Assembly (NCBI GenBank): GCA_036501845.1
Contig: DASXZO010000102.1
Span: 16,284 to 80,283, forward strand
From: Acidimicrobiia bacterium
GTDB taxonomy: Bacteria; Actinomycetota; Acidimicrobiia; IMCC26256; PALSA-610
DNA: 64,000 nucleotides
Reading direction: 5' to 3'
The notes under the pieces were generated by a model, which was not told the DNA's origin, ran no database searches, and saw nothing but the letters and a program-made list of their open reading frames with translations. Below are positions 1 through 8,117 of the stretch, one piece after another. Made by a program: the position numbers and the translations under genes. Positions within the stretch are counted from its first letter, which is position 1, and each line of letters opens with the position of its first letter.

Positions 1-299
1 GTCGCTATGTCGAAGCGCTCGAGCGTTTCGGCATCCACGCGGCCGTGCCGTTCTACGACGCGCACGTGTCGGCCGACCAGTGGCACCAGGTCATCGCGCT
101 CGACGACATGGTGGGCGGGCTCGTGGCGAGCGAGCCTCAACTCGCAGCGGACATCGTGTTCGGAGCTCGTGCGCTCGACATCGTCGAGAGAACGTTCGCG
201 CGTGAGCTCCTCGACGCATGGTCGCACGGTGAGAGCTCATTGCGAGCCGCCACGACGCATCCGGGCCTCGCACCGCAACGCGCCGCGGTGCGGTCTTGA
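1..299 (+). CDS. 3' end of an unidentified protein-coding gene (start lies left of the window)
   Basis: Frame 3 is open from the window edge (RYVEALERFGIHAAVPFYDAHVSADQWHQVIALDD...) to TGA at 297-299. It has high GC3 and its stop overlaps the TTG start of the next gene (TTGA). I do not recognise a family. Confidence 0.5.
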   Translation, partial: RYVEALERFGIHAAVPFYDAHVSADQWHQVIALDDMVGGLVASEPQLAADIVFGARALDIVERTFARELLDAWSHGESSLRAATTHPGLAPQRAAVRS

Positions 300-1300
300 T
301 CACGACCTCGCGGCCGGCAACGTACGTGCTGCCGATCCGTCGCGCCGCCAACACGCCGGTCGATGAGCTCGCCAGCTACTTGGCGAGGATTGCGCGCCGT
401 TGCGACGTCATCGTTGTCGACGGTTCGGATGCCGTGGCGTTCGACCAGGCCCACATCGCCTGGTCGCAGATCGCGCTTCACATCGCACCCGAGTCGTCGA
501 TTGCGGGCCAGAACGGCAAGGTTCGTGGCGTGTTGACCGCACTCGGACGCTCGCAGCACGACAGGGTCGTCATCGCAGACGACGACGTCCGCTTCGGCCC
601 GGCCGAGCTCGAACGAACGATCGCGCTGCTCGACGACGCCGATCTCGTGCGCCCGCAGAACTACTTCGATCCTCTGCCATGGCACGCGCGCTGGGACACC
701 GCTCGCACGCTGTTGAACCGGGCGATTGATGGCGTCGACTTCCCGGGAACGCTCGCCGTGCGCCGCGATGTGATCGCGAGTGCGGGCGGTTACGACGCGA
801 ACGTGCTGTTCGAGAACCTCGAGCTCATCCGCACTGTCGAGGCGGTCGGTGGACGGACCGTGAGCCCACTCAATCTCTACGTGTCGCGCCGCCCGCCCTC
901 GACCCGAGCGTTCTGGTCGCAACGCATTCGCCAGGCGTACGACGAGTTCGCTCGCCCGCACCGACTCGTCATCTTTCTCTTGATCGCACCTACCGTCGCC
1001 GGCGCACTCGGTCGGCGTCGAGTGAGTCCCGTTGCTCTCGCGGCGTTGCTGTCGGTCGCGATCGCGGAGGCCGGACGACGGCGTGCTCGCGGTGCCTCAG
1101 TATTTCCCCCATCCGCGTCATGGTGCGCGCCGCTGTGGCTGCTCGAACGATCCGTCTGTTCGTGGTTCGCTCTGGCGGCGCGACTCACCGGCGGCTGCCG
1201 ATACGCGGGCACCAAGCTGCAGGTCGCCGCGACGCCGGCGCGCGAGCTTCGCCGGCGCATCGCCGCGCGGTTACCGGAGCAACCGAGGCTGACCGCGTGA
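296..1300 (+). CDS. family 2 glycosyltransferase with C-terminal membrane segments
   Basis: 334-aa ORF. The N-terminus has a GT2-like layout (YVLPIRR...CDVIVVDGSD...VVIADDDV, a DxD-type motif). The C-terminal stretches are hydrophobic. Stop/start overlaps on both sides indicate an operon. Confidence 0.8.
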   Translation: MITTSRPATYVLPIRRAANTPVDELASYLARIARRCDVIVVDGSDAVAFDQAHIAWSQIALHIAPESSIAGQNGKVRGVLTALGRSQHDRVVIADDDVRFGPAELERTIALLDDADLVRPQNYFDPLPWHARWDTARTLLNRAIDGVDFPGTLAVRRDVIASAGGYDANVLFENLELIRTVEAVGGRTVSPLNLYVSRRPPSTRAFWSQRIRQAYDEFARPHRLVIFLLIAPTVAGALGRRRVSPVALAALLSVAIAEAGRRRARGASVFPPSASWCAPLWLLERSVCSWFALAARLTGGCRYAGTKLQVAATPARELRRRIAARLPEQPRLTA

Positions 1301-2034
1301 CAGAGGAACACGATGCCAGCGCGTACGGCGGCCACGTCGCAGGCGATTACGACGCGATCTATGAGGACGCATTCGACACCGAGAGTGCCGTCGACTGCTT
1401 GTTCGACCTCGCTGATGGTGGACCGATCCTCGAGCTCGGCGTCGGCACTGGCCGCCTGGCACTCCCGCTGGCTGCACGCGGCCTCAGTGTGCACGGCATC
1501 GACGGTTCATCCGAGATGCTCACGATCCTGCGTGACAAGCCGGGCGGCGAAGGCATCGCCACGACGCTCGGCGACTTCGCCGAGACCCGCCTGGCCGCAG
1601 GGCAATTCGCGCTCGTGGTGCTTGCGATCAACACCATCTACGCGCTTGCGGACCAGGACGCGCAGGTCAGGTGTTTCGCGACTGCTGCGCACCACCTCCG
1701 ACCTGGTGGCCGTTTCGTCGTCGAGGCGTGGGTGCCCGAACCACTGCCGCCCGGCGACAGCCTGCGGCCCAGACGGCTCTCGCCGGGCTACACGGGTCTC
1801 GTCGTCGCCAACCACGATCCGTCGACCCAGACACTGGCCACCACGCAGATCGTGATCGGCGGAACCCAAGGAATTCGTGCGTTTCCCGTGGTGCATCGCT
1901 ACGCGTGGCCGTCCGAGCTCGACCTCATGGCGCGCCTCGCGGGTCTGACGCGAGAAGCCCGATGGAGCGACTGGCGCGGCACACCCTTCGGCGCAACCAG
2001 CACGAACCACGTCTCGGTGTACCGGCGGCCCTGA
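1297..2034 (+). CDS. class I SAM-dependent methyltransferase
   Basis: The SAM-binding motif I is ILELGVGTGRLALPLAARG, followed by an acidic loop (HGIDGSSEML) and LRPGGRFVVE. I trimmed the track ORF (1120..2034) to the GTG at 1297, which overlaps the upstream TGA (GTGA). Confidence 0.85.
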   Translation: MTEEHDASAYGGHVAGDYDAIYEDAFDTESAVDCLFDLADGGPILELGVGTGRLALPLAARGLSVHGIDGSSEMLTILRDKPGGEGIATTLGDFAETRLAAGQFALVVLAINTIYALADQDAQVRCFATAAHHLRPGGRFVVEAWVPEPLPPGDSLRPRRLSPGYTGLVVANHDPSTQTLATTQIVIGGTQGIRAFPVVHRYAWPSELDLMARLAGLTREARWSDWRGTPFGATSTNHVSVYRRP

Positions 2035-2101
2035 AGAACCACTTCGCCGCTTCGGAGAAGTACGGTCGCCGCTGCGCATTGGGCCTCCGGGACGAGACGG
2101 G

Positions 2102-2983
2102 ATGCCACACAAGACACCGCGACTACTCGACGCCGCGACCGTGCAGGCGTTCGCAAGCGATGGGTTCGTCGTCGTTCCCGGCCTGCTGAGCAACGAGGAA
2201 CTCGATCGTTACGGCGTCGCAGTCACGAAGGCGGTTGCCGACCGCACCCGCAACGACGACACGCCGCTCGAGGAGAAGAGTCGCTATCAGCAATCGTTCG
2301 TGCAGTGCATCAATCTTTGGGAGGACCACCCCGAGGTCGCGCCGCTCGTGTTCCACCCGCGCGTCGGCCAGGCTGCGGCCGAGTTACTGGATGTGCCGGC
2401 GATCCGGCTCTGGCACGACCAGGCGCTCTACAAGCGCGCCGGCGGCCGCGTCACAGATCCGCACCAGGATCATCCCTACTGGCCGATCAAAGAGACCGCG
2501 TCCGTGACCGCGTGGATCCCGTTCGAGGGGTCGACGGTGGAGAGCGGCGCGATGTCGTATCTGCCCGGCAGCCATGCGATCGGGCTGCGGAAATTCGTGA
2601 ACATCTTCTTCGGCGAACCGGTCGACCTGCTCGCCGACCCCGAGGTCACCGGGATCGAGCCGGTGCTCGTCGAGGTGCCGAAGGGCAGCGTGGCATTCCA
2701 CCACGGGCTCACCGTGCACCTCGCCGGCGCCAACTCCACCGCCATCGATCGCGCGGTGCAGACGATGATCTACTTCCCTGACGGGAGCACTCGCGGCTAC
2801 CCGTTCCCGCACTTCGCGGTGGAGCGCAGCGGCATCGAGGTGGGCGAAGCGATCGATGGCGACGTCACGCCAATCGCATGGCCGCGCCCGCCCGACGCGC
2901 CGATCCCCCCGCTGCCCGCAATTCCCTTCGACGTGTTGCCAAAGATCGCCAACACGGGCGCGACTCCCGCACCGCGCGACTGA
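2102..2983 (+). CDS. phytanoyl-CoA dioxygenase (PhyH) family Fe(II)/2-oxoglutarate oxygenase
   Basis: The N-terminus FASDGFVVVPGLLSNEEL, the HxD motif (DPHQDHPYW) and the distal His (VAFHHGLTVHLAGAN) are typical of the PhyH family. Confidence 0.85.
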   Translation: MPHKTPRLLDAATVQAFASDGFVVVPGLLSNEELDRYGVAVTKAVADRTRNDDTPLEEKSRYQQSFVQCINLWEDHPEVAPLVFHPRVGQAAAELLDVPAIRLWHDQALYKRAGGRVTDPHQDHPYWPIKETASVTAWIPFEGSTVESGAMSYLPGSHAIGLRKFVNIFFGEPVDLLADPEVTGIEPVLVEVPKGSVAFHHGLTVHLAGANSTAIDRAVQTMIYFPDGSTRGYPFPHFAVERSGIEVGEAIDGDVTPIAWPRPPDAPIPPLPAIPFDVLPKIANTGATPAPRD

Positions 2984-2989
2984 GGCGCG

Positions 2990-3109
2990 TCACGTCGCGG
3001 CCGGCGCGCCGATCGGCATCCAATCAGCGAACTCGCGCAGGATCACGAAGCCATCTCGATCGAACGCATCTCGTTGCGAAGCGCTGAGACGGCCGTCTGG
3101 TACGGCCAT
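2990..3109 (-). pseudogene. 39-codon N-terminal remnant of a second PhyH-family gene
   Basis: The minus-strand translation is MAVPDGRLSASQRDAFDRDGFVILREFADWMPIGAPAAT*. The segment LSxxQxxxFxRDGFVILxxF is the canonical PhyH N-terminus. The ORF stops after 39 codons, right against the 3' end of the intact PhyH gene. It is too short to appear in the ORF track. Confidence 0.4.
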
Positions 3110-3131
3110 GTGCTCAACGCTACGCCGCGGG

Positions 3132-4145
3132 TCAGACGCGAACGCCTCGATTGCTCAGAGCCATGAGGGCCTCACTCGCGCGGATTTGCGTCCCTGTATC
3201 GAGGAACGCGCTCTGCACTATCTCGTGACTGGCCTGTTCACTCATGAAATCGAACGACATGTGTTCCAACACTTCTTCGCCAGGCTCGATCACCACGGCT
3301 GGTATCCCCCGCTTTCGCAGCAATCGCAGTTCTGCGTCGAGACTCTGGCGGCACAACCGACGGATGAGCTGCGGCACAGAGCGCCGCCGACCGGTGCCCG
3401 TCATCGGCGAGACGACGATTGCGAGATCGATCTGCTCACGGCCGAGCACATCGGCATTCGTCGGCGAGACCACGCCACCGTCGATGTAAAGCTCTCCATC
3501 GATATCCACACCTGCGAAGTAGCCGGGAACTGCACATGATGCCGCCAGCGCCGCCGACAACCGGGGCTGAGGCTTGCTCGTCGATCCGAACACAGTTCGG
3601 TGCCAATCGCGGCGACGGACAGCGCACACCCGGAGTGCGCTCGACGGCCACTGGCCCTCGTCACCGTCGAAAAGAGCGAGGTGCGGCTCCAGCGCGTGGC
3701 GACCTTCGGGCAGCATCATGGACAGAGCCCCCAACGACACAGACCGCTGCCGCGCCGAAACCTTCAACAACCCGAACAGCATGGCGTAGGTCGGCGGCCG
3801 CGGCACCCGGAACACGCTGCCGAGGGTGAGCGGCAGAAATTCCGGTCGGTCGAGCAGCGCCTCGACCAGATCCGCCCTCGCATCGCGAGTGCTCGCGCCA
3901 ACCGTGAGCGCAGCCATGTCGGAGGCCGGCACGCCCATCCGCAGCAGAGCTCCCACAAGGGATCCCGCGGAAGTACCCACGATCACCGAGGCGTCGCGCG
4001 CATCCCAGCCGAGGTCCTGCTCGAGCGCGGTGAGGGCGCCGGCGTGGTACGCGGCACCCACGGCGCCACCGCCACCCAGCACCAAGCCGATGCGTCGCGT
4101 CGTCTTGCTCGGCTCGACGGGCTCGATGTGGCGCGTGCCGCTCAC
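3132..4145 (-). CDS. patatin-like phospholipase
   Basis: The oxyanion motif GLVLGGGGAVGAAYHAG and the nucleophile elbow GTSAGS are present, with a downstream DGG catalytic Asp region (YIDGGVVSPTN). I trimmed the track ORF (to 4418) to the GTG at 4145. The start remains uncertain; alternatives are 4274 and 4313. Confidence 0.85.
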   Translation of the reverse strand: MSGTRHIEPVEPSKTTRRIGLVLGGGGAVGAAYHAGALTALEQDLGWDARDASVIVGTSAGSLVGALLRMGVPASDMAALTVGASTRDARADLVEALLDRPEFLPLTLGSVFRVPRPPTYAMLFGLLKVSARQRSVSLGALSMMLPEGRHALEPHLALFDGDEGQWPSSALRVCAVRRRDWHRTVFGSTSKPQPRLSAALAASCAVPGYFAGVDIDGELYIDGGVVSPTNADVLGREQIDLAIVVSPMTGTGRRRSVPQLIRRLCRQSLDAELRLLRKRGIPAVVIEPGEEVLEHMSFDFMSEQASHEIVQSAFLDTGTQIRASEALMALSNRGVRV

Positions 4146-4311
4146 CCCTTCGCCATACCCGTGGCAGGAGCCAGGTGAACGGCCGGCGGTGGTGGCGGTG
4201 TCCAGTGAACACGACCTCGCACGGTGGGCGTACCAGGCACGAGGCCGGGGTACCAGTACGGCACCGCGGAGCATGCGTTGATCGCAGTTCCGGACGACAC
4301 CTCTCGCGAGC

Positions 4312-5043
4312 ATGGACGCACGTATGCCTGGAGGCCGACAGCTGACGGCACCCGAAATCGATCTCGTCGCACCGAGCGCAGCGGCACGGCGCCGCTCAGC
4401 ACGTGCCTGCCGCCACAAGTTCCTCGAGTTCTTTCCCGATGGTTTCCGCGACCCGACCTACATCGATACCGAACGCGGTTACAAATGGCAAGCGCACCGG
4501 CGTTGGCGCACCGAGATCGCTCCGGTATTGCAATCGCGTCGACCTCTGAGCGGGGAGTTGTGCCTCGACATCGCGCGGCAAGTCGTGCGCATCGAGGCGA
4601 CGACGAACCTGCTGTTCTCGTTCGAAAAGATGGCGTTGCGTGACGCGCTCGCAGATCCGATCGGCGCCCAGAGCTTCATCGCGGGGCTGCGCGCTTGGCT
4701 CGGAAGCGAGCGACTGGTGCCCGAGCGATTCGCGGTGTGGTGCCAGACCCTCGACTCGCTTCCTCGGCGCCAGACCCGTGTTGCCACCTGGCCCGTGGCG
4801 ACAGTGTTCGGGTTCCTCGCCAAACCGCGCACACACATGTTCCTGAAGCCGAACGTCATGCGCCACGCCGCACGCGCGTACAGCTATCCGCTTCACTACA
4901 CGTCTCGGCCGAACTCCACCACATACGCGTCGCTGCTCGACTTCGCCGCGACCGTGCGGCGTGACCTGCACGATCTACGACCACGCGACATGATCGACAC
5001 TCAATCCTTCTTGTGGGTCCAGGGTTCGGACGAATACTCATGA
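4312..5043 (+). CDS. hypothetical protein (no family recognised)
   Basis: 243-aa ORF with coding-like GC3. Its stop overlaps the next gene's ATG (ATGA at 5040-5043). The exact start is uncertain. Confidence 0.55.
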   Translation: MDARMPGGRQLTAPEIDLVAPSAAARRRSARACRHKFLEFFPDGFRDPTYIDTERGYKWQAHRRWRTEIAPVLQSRRPLSGELCLDIARQVVRIEATTNLLFSFEKMALRDALADPIGAQSFIAGLRAWLGSERLVPERFAVWCQTLDSLPRRQTRVATWPVATVFGFLAKPRTHMFLKPNVMRHAARAYSYPLHYTSRPNSTTYASLLDFAATVRRDLHDLRPRDMIDTQSFLWVQGSDEYS

Positions 5044-5729
5044 CGCAGTCGACCGGCCTGACGCATCACCGACTGCGCCCGGGTGTCCTGTTCGACGTGG
5101 ACGGCACCCTGATCGACTCGAACTACCTGCATTCGCTCGCCTGGTCGCGTGCGTTCCGTGACGCGGGCGAATGGGCGGCCATGAACGCGATCCATCGGCT
5201 CATCGGCATGGACGGCGACCAGCTCGTGAAAGAGTTGCTCGGGCACCCGTGCGAGGCGGCAAGCGACGCGCGGTCGCGCCGCTACCGGGAACTGTTCGAC
5301 GACATACGGCCCTTCCCTGCGGCGAAGGAGCTCCTTTTCGATGTGCACGCTGGGGGCCTCGCGGTGGTCCTCGCGACGTCGTCACCGGAAGCTGAGCTCG
5401 CCGAGGCGCGTCGAGTACTCGACGCCGACGACGTGATCGACTCGCAGACGTCCGCCGCCGATGTCGAGCACGCCAAACCTGCTCCCGACGTGTTTGTCAC
5501 CGCGATGAAATCGGCGTCGGTCGACCCCGCCCGAGCCTTGGCCGTGGGCGACAGCGTCTGGGATGTGAAGGCCGCGACGGCTGCGGGCATCGCCTGTGTC
5601 GCCGTGGAATCAGGTGGATTCAGCCGCCATGAGCTGAGCGAAGCGGGTGCCGTGGCTGTCTACCGCCACGTTGGCGACCTGAAGGCGCAGCTGCACACGA
5701 GCCCGATCCAGGCTCTCCTCACGAGGTAA
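5040..5729 (+). CDS. HAD-superfamily hydrolase (subfamily IA phosphatase / beta-phosphoglucomutase-like)
   Basis: HAD motif I is VLFDVDGTLIDS, motif II is VVLATSS, and motifs III/IV are K...AVGDSVWDV. I chose the ATG at 5040 because of the ATGA overlap with the upstream stop. Confidence 0.85.
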   Translation: MTQSTGLTHHRLRPGVLFDVDGTLIDSNYLHSLAWSRAFRDAGEWAAMNAIHRLIGMDGDQLVKELLGHPCEAASDARSRRYRELFDDIRPFPAAKELLFDVHAGGLAVVLATSSPEAELAEARRVLDADDVIDSQTSAADVEHAKPAPDVFVTAMKSASVDPARALAVGDSVWDVKAATAAGIACVAVESGGFSRHELSEAGAVAVYRHVGDLKAQLHTSPIQALLTR

Positions 5730-6615
5730 ATCTCAGAGCGCGCAGCGCGTCGACCAGCTCGCGGGTATGGGTGAGCGGGAACAAGTGACCCTCACCGGGG
5801 AGTATCCGCATGGTCAGGCTCGGTACCGCGTCGGCCCACGCCTGGTTCTCGGCAGCGGTGATGAAGCTGTCGTCGTCGCCTTGCCACAGCAATCCGGGCG
5901 TGGTGATCGACGACGCGTCGTAACCCCACGGCTGCATCTCGACGAGCAGGTCGTCGATCACGCCCACCGCGCCCTGGCGCGTTGCCTCCTCCAAAAAGTC
6001 GCAGAAAAGATCGGCCACTTCTGGGCGCGCCAGTAATTCGGTCTCGGTCACCGAGAGCCCGGCCGCGAACAGCTCGACCGCGAGCTTCGGATTGCGACGC
6101 GTCTCGAGCGCGAGCGCCGTGTAGATCTGGCACATCTGCCACGGATCGTCCCGAGCGAGCTGCCAGGCCCACGCTTTACCCATCAACTCCGCGCCGCCGG
6201 GTTGCTGTACGCCGATGGGCGCGGGCGCGAGGAGTGCGAAGCCGCGCACGCGGTCGCCGAGCACAGCCGCGCAGGCCGCGGCGTAGGGACCCCCCATCGA
6301 CCAACCCACCGAGTAGAAGCGGTCAACTCGAAGGTGGTTGGCGAGTTGCGCGACGTCCGCCACGAAATCGACGAGGCGACGATTGGGTTGCGGCCACGAC
6401 AGCCCGAGACCGGGTCGGTCCGTCGTGATCCACCGCACACCCCGATCGAGTTCGTGGGGCACGCACGACGGTACGAGACGGCAACCAGGACCGCCGTGGA
6501 AATCGAGCACCACGAACTCGCCGTCGTGTGAGCCCCACTCGGCGTAGCCGAGCTGCCGCCCATCACTGAGCATCATCGACTGCGCAGAACGGTTAATCAC
6601 CGGAGTGTCCATCAC
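5719..6615 (-). CDS. alpha/beta hydrolase
   Basis: The sequence has HGGPGC followed by the nucleophile elbow GWSMGG, and a C-terminal GEGH catalytic His region. Its start overlaps the stop of the upstream secreted-protein gene (operon). Confidence 0.85.
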   Translation of the reverse strand: MMDTPVINRSAQSMMLSDGRQLGYAEWGSHDGEFVVLDFHGGPGCRLVPSCVPHELDRGVRWITTDRPGLGLSWPQPNRRLVDFVADVAQLANHLRVDRFYSVGWSMGGPYAAACAAVLGDRVRGFALLAPAPIGVQQPGGAELMGKAWAWQLARDDPWQMCQIYTALALETRRNPKLAVELFAAGLSVTETELLARPEVADLFCDFLEEATRQGAVGVIDDLLVEMQPWGYDASSITTPGLLWQGDDDSFITAAENQAWADAVPSLTMRILPGEGHLFPLTHTRELVDALRALRFTS

Positions 6616-7727
6616 ACCACGTACTGCACCGCGAAGGGCGCGTCATTGGCATGGCCGAGGGCGTCGGCACAGGTCACGAATATCTGCGCGGTCGTTCCGC
6701 TCGCTCGCCATCGCTCGACGGCGCAATGGATCGCGGTGTCATTGATCACGGTGAGCTGCACGTCGCCGGCCCACTCGCCGATATGGGGCATCGTCACGGT
6801 GTAGCTACCCGTGCCGTCGTGCACGGAATGCAACGCCCCGCCCGCTGAATCGAACTGGTACGCGCCAACGAGCGGCCCGCTGGTGGACACCAGGTAGTTC
6901 TGGGCGTAACCGGTCTTGTGGCCGGCCACGCCCAGCACTCCCGCCGTGCCGTTCCCGATCGCCACGTCGAAGTCAGCGTCGGTCGCCGTGCCCGAAGGTT
7001 TGTTGCAGGCGACGTACACGTCATTCCCGGTCCATGCGCTGATCGAGCACAATGTAGGCGTACTGCCGTACGCCGTGACCTTGACGGTGCCGTTGCTGTT
7101 CGCAAGGTGCGGCACATGCAGGGTGTACCGGCCGGTGGATGCGTGCTGGCTCGTAATCACGCCGCCTTTGCCGTCGAACGAATAGGCGCGGCTGGGCGTG
7201 CCGTTCCACGACGCGTCGTCGTCCCAGGCGTAGCCGAACGCGGGCGTGCCGGCGCCGACCGCGTAGAGGATGTCGAAGAGCTGGTCGTGCAGGACACCGC
7301 CGGGAGCGAAGCACAGCACCGACGCGGTCACGTCGGTGCTCGCGTCCCACGACGCCACTTGGCACCACCCGTTGGTCTCGTACGCAGACACCTCGATGTT
7401 GCCACCATTGGAGCCTTCGAGGCCCGGGAATGTCACGACGTAACTCCCAGTTCCGCTCCTCGCGATCGTCACGTGTCGACCGTTCGACTGCCGCTGGTAC
7501 GACAGGTTCGGTGTGTAGTTCGCAGCGGTGGCGCGGTCGGCCCACGCGTATCCCCACTTCGGACCCACCGACGCCGAAGCGGCCGCACCGCGGGAGATCA
7601 TTGCGAGGCCGGGGACGCACACGATCACGGCCGCACAGATGCGGGCGGTGATTCGTCGGGCATTGTCACGGCCGGCCACCGAAATGAGACGGCCGATTGT
7701 GCGACTCCCGCAGTGTGATCGCTGCAT
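6612..7727 (-). CDS. secreted protein with three tandem ~100-aa repeats (orphan family 1, paralog A)
   Basis: There is an N-terminal hydrophobic signal region (ICAAVIVCVPGLAMISRGAAASA). It is followed by three related modules, each with GTGxY.VT.P, a conserved Cys pair and FDV/FAV. It aligns along its whole length with 10978..12102. Confidence 0.75.
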   Translation of the reverse strand: MQRSHCGSRTIGRLISVAGRDNARRITARICAAVIVCVPGLAMISRGAAASASVGPKWGYAWADRATAANYTPNLSYQRQSNGRHVTIARSGTGSYVVTFPGLEGSNGGNIEVSAYETNGWCQVASWDASTDVTASVLCFAPGGVLHDQLFDILYAVGAGTPAFGYAWDDDASWNGTPSRAYSFDGKGGVITSQHASTGRYTLHVPHLANSNGTVKVTAYGSTPTLCSISAWTGNDVYVACNKPSGTATDADFDVAIGNGTAGVLGVAGHKTGYAQNYLVSTSGPLVGAYQFDSAGGALHSVHDGTGSYTVTMPHIGEWAGDVQLTVINDTAIHCAVERWRASGTTAQIFVTCADALGHANDAPFAVQYVV

Positions 7728-7790
7728 ACCTGGCCTCCGTCGTGAGGGTCCGCATCCGTTGCGACCACGATCGTGAGTCGCACGCCCGCA

Positions 7791-7837
7791 GTTGTCGACA
7801 GTGGCGGCTACTGCATGCGCGGTCGGGTACTACTGAG
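7791..7837 (-). promoter_or_regulatory. composite element 1, copy A (upstream of 6612..7727)
   Basis: The plus strand reads GTTGTCGACAGTGGCGGC-TACTGCAT-N14-TACTGAG. In the gene direction this is CTCAGTA-N14-ATGCAGTAG-CCG-CCACTG-TCGACAAC. The element ends 64 nt before the start codon. Confidence 0.5.
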
Positions 7838-8051
7838 AGCCTGCTCGTGGCGGTGGCGCCGCCGCGTCCTCTTCGATGGCGGCGAGCTTCTCGTGGGCGA
7901 GTCGCAACAATGCTGCGACTGCGGCGTGGTCGACACCCAGATGCTGCGCGATGAGATCTGACGACTCGCCAGCCCGCTCGAGCCGCAGCGCGTGCGCGTA
8001 GGTCTGCGGCAGTCGCTCGAGCGCGTCGCCCGTGTCGCTCATCGTCCACAT
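7830..8051 (-). CDS. 73-aa helix-turn-helix protein resembling sigma-70 region 4 / LuxR-type HTH only
   Basis: The sequence LERLPQTYAHALRLERAGESSDLIAQHLGVDHAAVAALLRLAHEKL matches the sigma region 4.2 pattern (LP..x..L....G.S..EIA..LGV...TV...L.RA..KL). GC3 is high. No region 2 is present. Confidence 0.6.
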   Translation of the reverse strand: MWTMSDTGDALERLPQTYAHALRLERAGESSDLIAQHLGVDHAAVAALLRLAHEKLAAIEEDAAAPPPRAGSQ

Positions 8052-8070
8052 CGTGACGCACCGCCGAACG

Positions 8071-8117
8071 GCCGTCGTCGGTAGGCGCTACTGCATCTGC
8101 GAACCGGCGGTACTGAG
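8071..8117 (-). promoter_or_regulatory. composite element 1, copy B (upstream of 7830..8051)
   Basis: The plus strand reads GCCGTCGTCGGTAGGCGC-TACTGCAT-N14-TACTGAG. It overlaps the last codons and the TAG stop of the LAL gene, and ends 20 nt before the mini-HTH start. Confidence 0.5.
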
